Origin: an uncultured Methanomassiliicoccales archaeon | GTDB taxonomy: Archaea > Thermoplasmatota > Thermoplasmata > RBG-16-68-12 > CAYFXO01 | Reading direction: 5' to 3' | Length of the DNA: 32,000 nucleotides | Assembly (NCBI GenBank): GCA_964347125.1 | Contig: CAYFXO010000001.1 | Location: 5,557-37,556, forward strand | Shown here: one piece after another, positions 1-8,032 of the stretch | Layout: each line of letters starts with the position of its first letter | Numbering within the stretch: position 1 is the first letter of the stretch | Program-made: the position numbers and the translations under genes | Notes under the pieces: generated by a model | Seen by the model: only the letters and a program-made list of their open reading frames with translations | Database searches by the model: none | What the model was told of the DNA's origin: nothing

Positions 1-280
1 CCAACGACCGCTTCAGGTTGTCCATGGCCCCTTCGCGCGAGCGGCTGCGGGTCTTCGTCGCGATGAAGAACTCCCCCTGGTGCTTCTCCATCCAGGAACC
101 CATGAGCTGCTCCGCGCTGCCGTACATGGGGGCGGTGTCGATGTGGTTGATCCCGTGCTCCTTCAGGAGGGCCAACGCGCCGTCCGCCTCCTCGGGGGTC
201 GACCTGCTGAGGGCGTAGGATCCGAAGATGACGCGAGTGCTTCGGTGTCCCGTGCGTCCGAACTCCTGTTTCGGAATCAT
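1..280 (-). CDS. aldo/keto reductase family oxidoreductase, N-terminal 93 codons only (rest lies beyond window start)
   Basis: Not in ORF track because it runs off the edge. Reverse translation from ATG 280-278 gives MIPKQEFGRTGHRSTRVIFGSYALSRSTPEEADGALALLKEHGINHIDTAPMYGSAEQLMGSWMEKHQGEFFIATKT, a typical AKR N-terminus (GINHIDTAPMYG). GGTGGAGGG Shine-Dalgarno-like motif about 8 nt upstream. Confidence 0.7.
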   Translation of the reverse strand, partial: MIPKQEFGRTGHRSTRVIFGSYALSRSTPEEADGALALLKEHGINHIDTAPMYGSAEQLMGSWMEKHQGEFFIATKTRSRSREGAMDNLKRSL

Positions 281-445
281 CCTGGCGTCCCTCCACCCCT
301 CTGGCGCTTGGGCGATGTGGGTGTATCGCCGGGGGCCTCATAACGCATTCGTACCCACGGGGAAGACCGACACGGGTTCCTGGAAATCGTGCGGACGGCA
401 AGGAGGGTCATCGACGCCGTGGAGGCCCGAATCGGCGGGGGCCGC

Positions 446-1123
446 CTAGGTCAGCTCTTGGGCCTTGCGGACGAGCTTCTTCGCCTGGCGGTAGCTCAGT
501 TCGGACTCATCCGCCAAGTGTTTTGGGTCCGCCTCCGCGAGCTCCTCCACGGTCCGGATCCCCAGACCCCGCAGCTCCGCTTCCGTCGCGCTCCCGAGAC
601 CCGGGAGGTTTCGCAGGGGGGCGCCCTTCGCTCGACGGGGCATTGCGCGCAGGGCCACGAAGGCCACCCCGCCAATCAGGAGGGGGATGCCGACCCACAG
701 ACCGATGTCCAGGAGGAGGTTCGGGCACTCCGGGGTGAAGTCCGCTGCCACGACGAGATCCACCTGCTTTCGCCGCAGGGTCTCCGTGTCGAGGGGGTCG
801 AAGTCCATGGACGTCATCGCGGAGACGCCCGCGCCGGGGACGTAGACCGTCACGGGCAGGCCCACCTCGTCGCTGTGGACGTGGAGCTGGATCGAGTAGG
901 CGCCGCCACCGTCCGCCCGGGTGGAGCGGTTCTTGTCCGTCCCGGCGGGGTACTCCGCGACGTACGCAACGACGGGGGCGTTGCAGACCCCAGAGCCGTC
1001 GGGGTGGAGGACGCGGCCGTGGACCTGAAAGCGGTGGTCGGCCTCGTGTTCCGCCGTCGCGGGGGGCACCGCGAGGAGAAGAAGGGGAACGAGGGCCCCC
1101 AGCACCCACGCGACCCGCCTCAT
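446..1123 (-). CDS. single-pass membrane protein: signal peptide, beta-sandwich ectodomain, TM helix, cytoplasmic helix-hairpin-helix tail
   Basis: Listed ORF 446..1447 trimmed to ATG 1123-1121 (MRRVAWVLGALVPLLLLAVPPATA is a signal peptide). GGAGGT lies upstream. TM segment LLLDIGLWVGIPLLIGGVAFVAL, C-terminal LPGLGSATEAELRGLGIRTVEELAEADPKHL is HhH-like. The upstream 108 codons of the listed ORF are R-rich and overlap the zinc-ribbon gene. Confidence 0.6.
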   Translation of the reverse strand: MRRVAWVLGALVPLLLLAVPPATAEHEADHRFQVHGRVLHPDGSGVCNAPVVAYVAEYPAGTDKNRSTRADGGGAYSIQLHVHSDEVGLPVTVYVPGAGVSAMTSMDFDPLDTETLRRKQVDLVVAADFTPECPNLLLDIGLWVGIPLLIGGVAFVALRAMPRRAKGAPLRNLPGLGSATEAELRGLGIRTVEELAEADPKHLADESELSYRQAKKLVRKAQELT

Positions 1124-1263
1124 TCCTCGACCTCCCGCTCGATGATCAGCGCCCCGACGTAGTCGCAGTTCTTGCAGTGGTACTTGTAGCCGGTGATGAG
1201 CCCCGCCTCGTAGAACACGTCGGCGGAGCCGCAGTCGGGACACGTGAGGATCTTCTTGCCCAC
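1120..1263 (-). CDS. small zinc-ribbon protein (47 aa), translationally coupled to downstream membrane HhH protein
   Basis: Below the ORF-track length cutoff. GTG 1263-1261, in-frame TGA upstream. Product (M)GKKILTCPDCGSADVFYEAGLITGYKYHCKNCDYVGALIIEREVEE has CPDC and CKNC knuckles. Strong GC3 bias in this frame. Its stop TGA (1122-1120) overlaps ATG 1123-1121 as ATGA. Confidence 0.55.
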   Translation of the reverse strand: MGKKILTCPDCGSADVFYEAGLITGYKYHCKNCDYVGALIIEREVEE

Positions 1264-1332
1264 GTGGGGTCGATTCGCGCCGCGCGTATTTGAGGTTCAC
1301 CACAAAGGGGGGGAGGAACCGCCTAACCGCAA

Positions 1333-1343
1333 CCCTTAAGAGA
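1333..1343 (+). promoter_or_regulatory. putative TATA-like box for the FKBP gene (near-leaderless)
   Basis: CCCTTAAGAGA centred about 32 nt upstream of ATG 1371. It is the only AT-rich patch in the divergent intergenic region. Confidence 0.3.
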
Positions 1344-1370
1344 AGGGGCCTGGCTCTGTGGCGGCGCGTC

Positions 1371-2282
1371 ATGTCACACCTGTCCTCTACCCGGAAAGGG
1401 GCCACCGATGTCTTCGGCATCCTGGTCGTGGTCTCCATCCTCCTCATCGCGAGCCTAGCCTACATCATCCTCACCCTCCCCGCGCCTTCGACCCGCGGGC
1501 GGGAGATCCTTTACCTACAGAACGGGGACATCGCCCGGGTGGACTTCGTCGCCACCCTCGACACCGGGGAGGTCTTCGCCACGAGCCTGGCCTCCGTGGG
1601 GGACAACGACAAGACCTACCCGAAGTCCCTCGCCTTCGACCCGCCCCTGACCTACGCACCCATCAACGTGACCATGGGGGCGCCCATGACGGGTCCCGGC
1701 TTCGAGGGCCTCGTGGACCAGGGGACGGGAATCCAACAGGCGCTCCGGGGGATGGCCATCGGCGAGACCCGCACGGTGACCCTGGAGCCCGCCGAGGCCT
1801 TCGGGGTCCACGACCCCGTCCTCGTGGAGACCCGGAACCTCGTGGAGTCGCAGCCCCTGAAGGAGACGGTCACCCTCCCCGAGTGGAACTCCCGGTTCCT
1901 CCAAGTCCCGACGGAGGACCAGACGGTCCTCGACCCGTTTTGGGGCTGGCCCGTCCGGGTCCTGGAGTTCGACGAGGGGACCCAGCTCATCACGTTCCGG
2001 GCGGAGCCCCAAGAAGGGGACCTCCTCACCCCGTTCAAGACCTTCCAGACCCGCGTGGAGAAGGTGGACGCCGCCGCCAACGGGGGCGAGGGCCTCGTCC
2101 AGGTCGGCCACCTCTTGACGTCGGAGGACGAGGGGAAGGTGTTCGCCGAGGGCCTCCAGGGCGGTTTCCTGGTGGTGGGGGTCGACGAGGCGGGCGGGAC
2201 GTTCCTCGCGGACCGGAACGATATCCGGCGGGACCATGCGGCCACTTACGAGATCACGCTGCTGAGCATCTCGCGGCCGTGA
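1371..2282 (+). CDS. membrane-anchored FKBP-type peptidyl-prolyl cis-trans isomerase with a large insert-in-flap-like insertion
   Basis: ORF 1290..2282 trimmed to ATG 1371. N-terminal TM helix (VFGILVVVSILLIASLAYIILTL). FKBP signatures GDIARVDFVATLDTGEVFATS and LRGMAIGETRTVTLEPAEAFGVHDP, with closing strand HAATYEITLLSI. Confidence 0.6.
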   Translation: MSHLSSTRKGATDVFGILVVVSILLIASLAYIILTLPAPSTRGREILYLQNGDIARVDFVATLDTGEVFATSLASVGDNDKTYPKSLAFDPPLTYAPINVTMGAPMTGPGFEGLVDQGTGIQQALRGMAIGETRTVTLEPAEAFGVHDPVLVETRNLVESQPLKETVTLPEWNSRFLQVPTEDQTVLDPFWGWPVRVLEFDEGTQLITFRAEPQEGDLLTPFKTFQTRVEKVDAAANGGEGLVQVGHLLTSEDEGKVFAEGLQGGFLVVGVDEAGGTFLADRNDIRRDHAATYEITLLSISRP

Positions 2283-2285
2283 GCC

Positions 2286-2993
2286 TCAGTACCTCTGGCG
2301 GGCATAGGGGACGTCCTCGATCTCCCCGCCGAAGAGGACCTTCAGGTCCCCGCGGAGCCACGTGAGAAGGGTGTTCCCGTACCCGTTCTTCTCCATCCGG
2401 CGCGTCGAGAGGCGCACGAAGAGGCGGGGGTCGTACACGATGCGCCCCTCCCGCTTCAGGCGGAAGGCGATCTCCACGTCGTCAGAGTGGGGGAGGCTCC
2501 GGTAGCCGCCGATTCGTAGGAAGACATCGCGGCGGAAGGCGGAGTTCCCGCCCCCCGTGGTGTAGATGCCCAGGCGGGCGAAGATACGAATGAGGTTCCT
2601 CAGGAACAGGAACGTGAGCCGCGCCTTCCAGTCCTGCTCGATGGGGCCGTCGGGGCCGCACACCGCGACGACATCCGGGTGGTCGAAGTGGGCGAGGATG
2701 CGGGCAAGCCAATCGGAGGGCAGGAGAACGTCCGCGTCCGTCGTGGCGACGAGGGGGGCCTCGGCCACCCGCACGCCGTCGTTCCGGGCGCCGCCCACGC
2801 CCTTCGAGACCTGCCGGATCACCCGGTCGGCGCGGCGGGCGGCAATCTCCGGCGTCCCGTCCGTGCTGTCGCCGTCGACCACGATGACCTCGAACGCGTC
2901 CCGCGGGAGCGTCTGGGCATCGAACTGCGTCAGGAAGGCCTCGATCCCCGCGGCCTCGTTGTAGGTGGGCACGACGACGGAGAGGCGGGGCAT
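2286..2993 (-). CDS. family 2 glycosyltransferase
   Basis: MPRLSVVVPTYNEAAGIEAFL...VIVVDGDSTDGT...TDADVLLP: classic GT2 N-terminus with DxD-type motifs. Start is 1 nt after the stop of the upstream gene. Confidence 0.85.
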   Translation of the reverse strand: MPRLSVVVPTYNEAAGIEAFLTQFDAQTLPRDAFEVIVVDGDSTDGTPEIAARRADRVIRQVSKGVGGARNDGVRVAEAPLVATTDADVLLPSDWLARILAHFDHPDVVAVCGPDGPIEQDWKARLTFLFLRNLIRIFARLGIYTTGGGNSAFRRDVFLRIGGYRSLPHSDDVEIAFRLKREGRIVYDPRLFVRLSTRRMEKNGYGNTLLTWLRGDLKVLFGGEIEDVPYARQRY

Positions 2994-2994
2994 C

Positions 2995-4296
2995 TCAACC
3001 GCCCATGGAACGGGCCAGGTCGAAGGCGGACCGCAGGCACATGTCCGTGTTGATGTACCGAAGCTCGCCCTGGCGCCCGCACAGCCGGATGCCCAGGCCC
3101 TCCACGTAGTCCTTCACGATCCGGGCGTTCCGTTCGAAGTCCAGGGAGAAGACGACGTAGGCGCGGGGGACCCGGGCCACCTTGGTGTAGATGACGTCCT
3201 GGCGGCGGAGGAGGCCGTGCTCGTGCAGCTTGTCCACGACGTGCTCCACCAGGGCCACATTGGGCATGCTCCAGACGTCGTCGCCGCGGTGGCAGGTGAT
3301 TTCCGCGAGGACCGACGAGGTCCCTTCGGGGGCGTTGCGGTCGCTGTAGTTCGAGGGGAAGGAGACCCGGTTGAAGAGGCCGTCCTCCCACCGGGGGAAG
3401 TAGAGCCAGGAGAGGTCGTTGAGCTCCGCCCGGTCCAGGCCGAGCATCACGGTGACGACGGAGTTGACCTGGAGCTTGGATGCGGCCTCCAGGACCTCCG
3501 GGGGGGTGCCATCCAGGAGGCGGACGAGGAGGGGGAGGGGAATCGTGGACACGAGGCGGTCGTAGGTCCGCTCCTCCGTATCGCTCCGGACGGTGTAGCG
3601 GCCGTTGTCGGCGCGGATCCCGGTGACCTCCCAGTCCGTCACCACCGAGGGGCACTGGGCGGCGATGGCCTTCGGGAGGGCCTCGATCCCCCCTTCCCGC
3701 GGGTAGACGAAGTTCAGCTGGTGGACGTAGCCCTCCGACTCCAGGCCGAGGGACGCCTTGACGATGTCCTCCAGGGGCGGCTCGGGGACCCGGCCGTCGA
3801 CCCAGTCCAGGGCCATGTCCCGAGGCTCCGCCTTCCAGATCTTCTGGTTGTACGGGATGAGGTATTTCGTGGCGATCCCCGGGCCGAAGCGGTAGTGCAT
3901 CCACTCCTCGAAGTTGCCGGGACGGGCGGCGGTCCCCGCCTGGCGGGCGATGTAGGCCTCCAGGAAGCCCTGCAGGCACTCGAAGTTCTCCTCGAGGGGG
4001 AGGTCCCGGAGGCCGTTCTCGAAGGGGTACTTCACGAGGCGGTCCCGGTAGAAGATCTTCGTGTTCCGGCGGCGGCGGGCCAGGTTGTCGCCCAGGGTCC
4101 GCTCGACGAAGGCGGAGATCTCCTCGTCCTTGGAGAACAGGATGTGGGAGCCGCAATAGTCGAAGGTGAACCCCTCTTCCGTGAGGCTCTTGCAGAGGCC
4201 CCCGGGGCGGTCCGTCTTCTCTAGAACCTCGGAGTCCGGCAGGGCGGAGGCGACCGCCAAACCTGTCAACCCGCCGCCGAGGACGCCTGTCGTCAT
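2995..4296 (-). CDS. FAD-dependent oxidoreductase (amine-oxidase / UDP-galactopyranose-mutase-like fold)
   Basis: True start ATG 4296-4294 (MTTGVLGGGLTGLAVASAL...EKTDRPGGLC is a Rossmann GxGxxG dinucleotide-binding motif). The listed 677-aa ORF 2995..5028 carries a spurious R/P/G-rich extension that overlaps the DedA gene in another frame. Confidence 0.7.
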   Translation of the reverse strand: MTTGVLGGGLTGLAVASALPDSEVLEKTDRPGGLCKSLTEEGFTFDYCGSHILFSKDEEISAFVERTLGDNLARRRRNTKIFYRDRLVKYPFENGLRDLPLEENFECLQGFLEAYIARQAGTAARPGNFEEWMHYRFGPGIATKYLIPYNQKIWKAEPRDMALDWVDGRVPEPPLEDIVKASLGLESEGYVHQLNFVYPREGGIEALPKAIAAQCPSVVTDWEVTGIRADNGRYTVRSDTEERTYDRLVSTIPLPLLVRLLDGTPPEVLEAASKLQVNSVVTVMLGLDRAELNDLSWLYFPRWEDGLFNRVSFPSNYSDRNAPEGTSSVLAEITCHRGDDVWSMPNVALVEHVVDKLHEHGLLRRQDVIYTKVARVPRAYVVFSLDFERNARIVKDYVEGLGIRLCGRQGELRYINTDMCLRSAFDLARSMGG

Positions 4297-4324
4297 GCGC
4301 TCCCGCCCCGTAGAAGGGGCTTTG

Positions 4325-4337
4325 CCATATACCTTTC
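4325..4337 (-). promoter_or_regulatory. putative internal BRE/TATA box (GAAAGGTATATGG) upstream of the oxidoreductase gene
   Basis: AT-rich box about 33 nt upstream of ATG 4296. The same AAAGGTATAT core recurs at 20224-20238. Confidence 0.3.
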
Positions 4338-4928
4338 TCACTCGTTCTCGGCGGCGAGCATCCGTCGGCGGCGGAGGAGGGCGACGGCGGCGCTCACGGC
4401 GACGAACACGATGACGAAGATGAGGGTGAGGTTGGCGGCCAGGTCCTCGGGGTAGACCCACCGGAAGGCGCCCACGAGCAGGAGGAGGGCGGAGTACTTC
4501 GCGAGGCCGCCGACCACGATGAAGAGGACGGAGCGGCGGTAGTCCCACTCGCAGGCCGCCATGAAGGCGCCCACGAAGGGGACGGCGGGGGCGATGCGGT
4601 TGGTGAGGATGAGCATCTCCCGCTCCGCGAGGAGGATGTCCGTCCACTTGTTCATGGCCGCGCGGAGCCGCTTCGGCAGGCCGACCCGGCGGACGACGAG
4701 GTACAGGGTCGTGTTCCCCAGGACCTCCGCCACCTCCGCGAGGAACAGGACGGTGAGGCCCCACTCCAGGGTGGCGTCCCCCGCCTGGAAGATGAGGACG
4801 GCGAAGATCTCCGGGAGGAGGGGGATGATGATGGCGTCGACGTAGAAGATGAGGAAGAGGGAGAAGAGGAGGCCCGCGGTCCCCAGGCCCTCGAAGAGCT
4901 GGATGATCTCCGTGCCGAGTCCGCTCAC
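4338..4928 (-). CDS. DedA/VTT (SNARE-associated) family membrane protein
   Basis: GTG start. Multi-pass hydrophobic protein with the DedA-like core FLAEVAEVLGNTTLYLVVRRVG and TNRIAPAVPFVGAFMAA. Confidence 0.6.
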   Translation of the reverse strand: MSGLGTEIIQLFEGLGTAGLLFSLFLIFYVDAIIIPLLPEIFAVLIFQAGDATLEWGLTVLFLAEVAEVLGNTTLYLVVRRVGLPKRLRAAMNKWTDILLAEREMLILTNRIAPAVPFVGAFMAACEWDYRRSVLFIVVGGLAKYSALLLLVGAFRWVYPEDLAANLTLIFVIVFVAVSAAVALLRRRRMLAAENE

Positions 4929-4964
4929 GTGGGGTCCACCGAACCTCGTCCTCAGGAGGGGGCC

Positions 4965-5222
4965 TCAGGCTCCGGGGGTGGAGCCGTTGAGGAGCTTGCC
5001 GTACAGCCGGACCAGCTTGCTGGTGCACCGGTCGACGGAGAACTGCTCCGCCACCGCCCGGGCGCGCTCCTTGAGCGCCCCGTTGGCGTCCAGGGCCCGC
5101 ACGACGGCGTCCGCGCAGCCGGTCACGTCCCCGGATTCGAAGAGGAACCCGGTCCTCCCCTCTTTCACGAAGTCCGGAATCGCCCGGTAGTTCACCCCCG
5201 CGACGGGCTTCCCGGTCGCCAT
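4965..5222 (-). CDS. GT4 glycosyltransferase, C-terminal fragment (85 aa)
   Basis: MATGKPVAGVNYRAIPDFVKEGRTGFLFESGD is the distal half of the GT4/GT-B E-x7-E region. It starts exactly at the Met of the conserved EAM motif. Confidence 0.6.
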   Translation of the reverse strand: MATGKPVAGVNYRAIPDFVKEGRTGFLFESGDVTGCADAVVRALDANGALKERARAVAEQFSVDRCTSKLVRLYGKLLNGSTPGA

Positions 5223-5295
5223 GGCCCTCGTTGGTTTCTACCTGGTATTATGGGGCATGGACCGAAGTGGCTACCACCGGTGTGCCCAACGACAT
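5223..5295 (-). other. 73-bp insertion/duplication interrupting the GT4 gene
   Basis: Bounded by GGCCATG direct repeats (ATG 5295-5293 and ATG 5222-5220). Contains an in-frame TAA (5250-5248) and shifts the frame. It is less GC-rich than its surroundings (42 of 73 G+C by hand count). Inverted 7-mers lie at 5286-5292 and 5228-5234. Confidence 0.6.
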
Positions 5296-6201
5296 GGCCT
5301 CCAGGACCACGAGGCCCTGGGTCTCGAAGGTGGAGCAGATGGCGAAGGCGTCCGCCGCGGCGTAGTACTGGGGCAGCTCGTCCTCAGGGACGAACCCGGT
5401 GAAGGTGACGACGTCGTCCAGGCCCATGGCCTGGGACATCTCGCGGTACGAACCGAAGGCGGGGCCCTTCCCCACGACCATGAGGTGGGCGTCCGGGCGG
5501 GTCTTTCGGATCCGGTGGAGCGCCCCCAGGAGCTGCTCCAGGTGCTTCTCCGGGGACATGCGGCCCACGGTAAGGATGAGCTCCTCCCCGTCCAGGCCCC
5601 ACTTCTCCCGCACGCCGCTACCGTCGACGCCGGGGTGGAACCGGTCGCTGTCCACGCCCGTGGGGATGACCTCCAGGCGGCGGATCTTCGGGGCGAGGTC
5701 CCGGAGTTCCTCGGAGATGGAGGGCGTGGGGGCGACGACCCCGCCGCACTTGTGGAGGAAGATCCGGAGGTAGAACCGCATCGCGGACTCCAGGAACCCG
5801 ATGCGGAGCTGGAGGGGGGAGTAGTAGGCGAGGGCGTCCACGACCATCGTGTGGAACGTGAGGACCATGGGGATGCGGAGATCGAAGGCCGCCCAGAGGC
5901 CCTTCACCCCCACGGACCCGATGCCATGAGAATGGACGAGGTCCACGTCGTACTCGCGGAGGATCCTGGGCTCGCAGGTCGGGAGGATGGAGGCCATGCG
6001 GTAGCCGGGGTACGAGGGGAGCTCCCGCGCGCGGAGGTAGACCACCCCCGGCTCCTCCCCGTTCCCCTGCCGCCGGTCCTCGGGAGCGAAGACGATGATC
6101 TCGTGCCCGTCGGCCTCCAGGGCCTGCTTCGTGGTGAGGAGGGAGTTGACCACCCCGTCTACCGCCGGAAGGTACGAGTCCGTGAACAGCGCGATCCGCA
6201 A
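5248..6201 (-). CDS. GT4 glycosyltransferase, N-terminal fragment (317 aa); gene is split or pseudogenised
   Basis: TTG start with GGGGTGA SD. MRIALFTDSYLPAVDGVVNS...HSHG...FETQGLVVLEAMSLGTPVVATSVHAP*, so it ends inside the conserved EAMxxGxPV motif. Confidence 0.7.
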   Translation of the reverse strand: MRIALFTDSYLPAVDGVVNSLLTTKQALEADGHEIIVFAPEDRRQGNGEEPGVVYLRARELPSYPGYRMASILPTCEPRILREYDVDLVHSHGIGSVGVKGLWAAFDLRIPMVLTFHTMVVDALAYYSPLQLRIGFLESAMRFYLRIFLHKCGGVVAPTPSISEELRDLAPKIRRLEVIPTGVDSDRFHPGVDGSGVREKWGLDGEELILTVGRMSPEKHLEQLLGALHRIRKTRPDAHLMVVGKGPAFGSYREMSQAMGLDDVVTFTGFVPEDELPQYYAAADAFAICSTFETQGLVVLEAMSLGTPVVATSVHAP

Positions 6202-6205
6202 TCGT

Positions 6206-7516
6206 TCACCCCTGCGCTATTCTCCTGACCTTGTCCACGATGTCTTGCGGGTCGGTCCCCAGGACACGGATCATGGCCTCCTTGCCGACGCCGCCACGGT
6301 CCCAGATGACGTCGGGGACGCCGCCGTGGGCCCGGATGGCCTCCGCGGTGCCCCATTCCATCGTCGAGACCTTCTCCGGCTCCTGGCTCCTGTCAAAGGT
6401 GGAGGCGCTCAGTCCGAGGGCCCGAATTCGGTCGAGACTTTGCTCCGTAAACTTAAGGTTTGCGGCGGCGCGGATTCGGGGGTCCTCCCGGGAGGCGGTG
6501 ACGATGATGCGGGCCACGTGGCGGGAGGCGCCGAAGTCCGGCGGGCCAGTGACGGTGGCGACGCCGCCGACGGGGACGATGCGGCCCTTCAGGGCGCACA
6601 CGTCCTCGAGGGATTCGGGGAATGGGAGGGCGTAGCCCAGGTTCGTCCCCACCTCGGGGACCATCTCCAAGGGGAGGACCCCCGCCAGGGCCTCGGCCCC
6701 CTCCAGGACGGCCCGCCAGACCGCGTGGCGGTCTTCCGGGACGTGGGGGTGGATGGCCTCCACGCCCTTGCCGTAGGCGTAGTGGGCCTCGTGCCCCAGT
6801 ATGACCTGGCGCTTCGCTTGGCCCACCGCCGCGGGGACGTCCTTCCCTTGGGCCAGGTAGGCGGCGAGGAAGGCGGACAGGACGCAGCCGCTCCCGTGGA
6901 GTTCCAGGTCCAACCGTGGGCCCTCGAACCGCTGGAACGTCTCCCCGTCGAAGAGGACGTCCACCGCGGGTCCCTTCAGGTGGCCCCCCTTACATAGCAC
7001 GTACTTGGGGCCGAGGGAGTGGATCCGGCGGCACGCCTCTTCCATGGACTCGGGGTCGGTGACGCTGAACCGGGCCAGGACCGCGGCCTCGTGGAGGTTG
7101 GGGGTGACCACCGTGGCCATCGGGAGGAACTTCGCCTCCAGGGCTTCGACGAAGTCGTCGCGGGCGAGGGAATCGCCCACGGTGGCGACCAGGACGGGGT
7201 CCACGACCAGGGGGAGGTTCCGCCCCTTGAGCGCCCGGGCCACCGCCTCCACGATCTCCGCGGAGTAGAGCATCCCCGTCTTCGCCGCCCCCACGTCCAG
7301 GTCCGTGAGGACGGCCTCCAGCTGGGCCGTCACCATGTCCGGGGGAATCGGGTGGATGGCCTCGACGCCCTGCGTGTTCTGGGCGGTGATGGCGGTGAGG
7401 ACGCTGGCGCCGTGGACGCCCGCGGCGGCGAAGGCCTTCAGGTCCGCCTGGATGCCCGCGCCTCCAGAGGAATCGCTCCCCGCGATGGTCAACGCGCTCT
7501 TCACGGCGGCGAGCAA
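6206..7516 (-). CDS. thiDN: bifunctional hydroxymethylpyrimidine/phosphomethylpyrimidine kinase - thiamine-phosphate synthase (ThiD-ThiN fusion)
   Basis: N-terminal ThiD ([21 protein letters not shown]...GTGC-like [10 protein letters not shown]). C-terminal ThiN domain ([22 protein letters not shown]). TTG start. Confidence 0.85.
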   Translation of the reverse strand: MLAAVKSALTIAGSDSSGGAGIQADLKAFAAAGVHGASVLTAITAQNTQGVEAIHPIPPDMVTAQLEAVLTDLDVGAAKTGMLYSAEIVEAVARALKGRNLPLVVDPVLVATVGDSLARDDFVEALEAKFLPMATVVTPNLHEAAVLARFSVTDPESMEEACRRIHSLGPKYVLCKGGHLKGPAVDVLFDGETFQRFEGPRLDLELHGSGCVLSAFLAAYLAQGKDVPAAVGQAKRQVILGHEAHYAYGKGVEAIHPHVPEDRHAVWRAVLEGAEALAGVLPLEMVPEVGTNLGYALPFPESLEDVCALKGRIVPVGGVATVTGPPDFGASRHVARIIVTASREDPRIRAAANLKFTEQSLDRIRALGLSASTFDRSQEPEKVSTMEWGTAEAIRAHGGVPDVIWDRGGVGKEAMIRVLGTDPQDIVDKVRRIAQG

Positions 7517-7613
7517 CGGGGGGTCCCCGCTTAAACTTGACTTGCCCAGTCTCAGGGCGGTGCAACGAACCTCCGCGGGCCGTCTGGCTCCCCCGAAGCG
7601 CAGGGCGCCCCGT

Positions 7614-7630
7614 CCGAAAATGGTTTATAG
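7614..7630 (+). promoter_or_regulatory. BRE/TATA box (CCGAAAATGGTTTATAG) for the 126-aa gene, leaderless geometry
   Basis: TTTATAG centred about 25 nt upstream of ATG 7652, with a purine-rich BRE-like stretch immediately 5'. Confidence 0.45.
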
Positions 7631-7651
7631 CTTCCTCCGGATGAATCGGCC

Positions 7652-8032
7652 ATGCGGGCCCGGAGCGGCCACATCCGGTTGGGGAAGAGGATCCAGTACA
7701 AGAGGCTCCTGCCCGTGTACGAGGAGATCCTCACCCGGTTCCTGGAGGAGACGGGTCAGATGCCGGAGAACGACCCGGAGTACGTCTCCGTCATCCTGGA
7801 GGAGAACCTGCGGGACCTGCGCCTCAACCGCAAGCCCGAGGGGTACAACCGGGAGTTCGGGATGCGCCTCATCTTCCCCATCAGCGACCGGGTGGAGTTC
7901 TACGTCTACGGTCGGGGGCGGACCACGGAGGTGCCCCGGATCACGGAGGTGCTCAGCCGCCTCCTCCACGAGAAGAAGATCAAGCACGAGGTGGACTGGG
8001 ACCAGCTCGTGGTGTTCCAGGACCGGGACTAG
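7652..8032 (+). CDS. hypothetical protein (126 aa)
   Basis: Strong GC3 bias and balanced K/E/I/L composition, unlike the shadow ORFs. I recognise no family. Confidence 0.6.
   Translation: MRARSGHIRLGKRIQYKRLLPVYEEILTRFLEETGQMPENDPEYVSVILEENLRDLRLNRKPEGYNREFGMRLIFPISDRVEFYVYGRGRTTEVPRITEVLSRLLHEKKIKHEVDWDQLVVFQDRD

Noticed and set aside
4297-5028. N-terminal 244-codon extension of the listed 677-aa ORF 2995..5028
   Set aside because: The extension is R/P/G-rich and overlaps the DedA and GT4 genes out of frame. The Rossmann GxGxxG N-terminus begins at ATG 4296, which has its own SD and TATA-like box.
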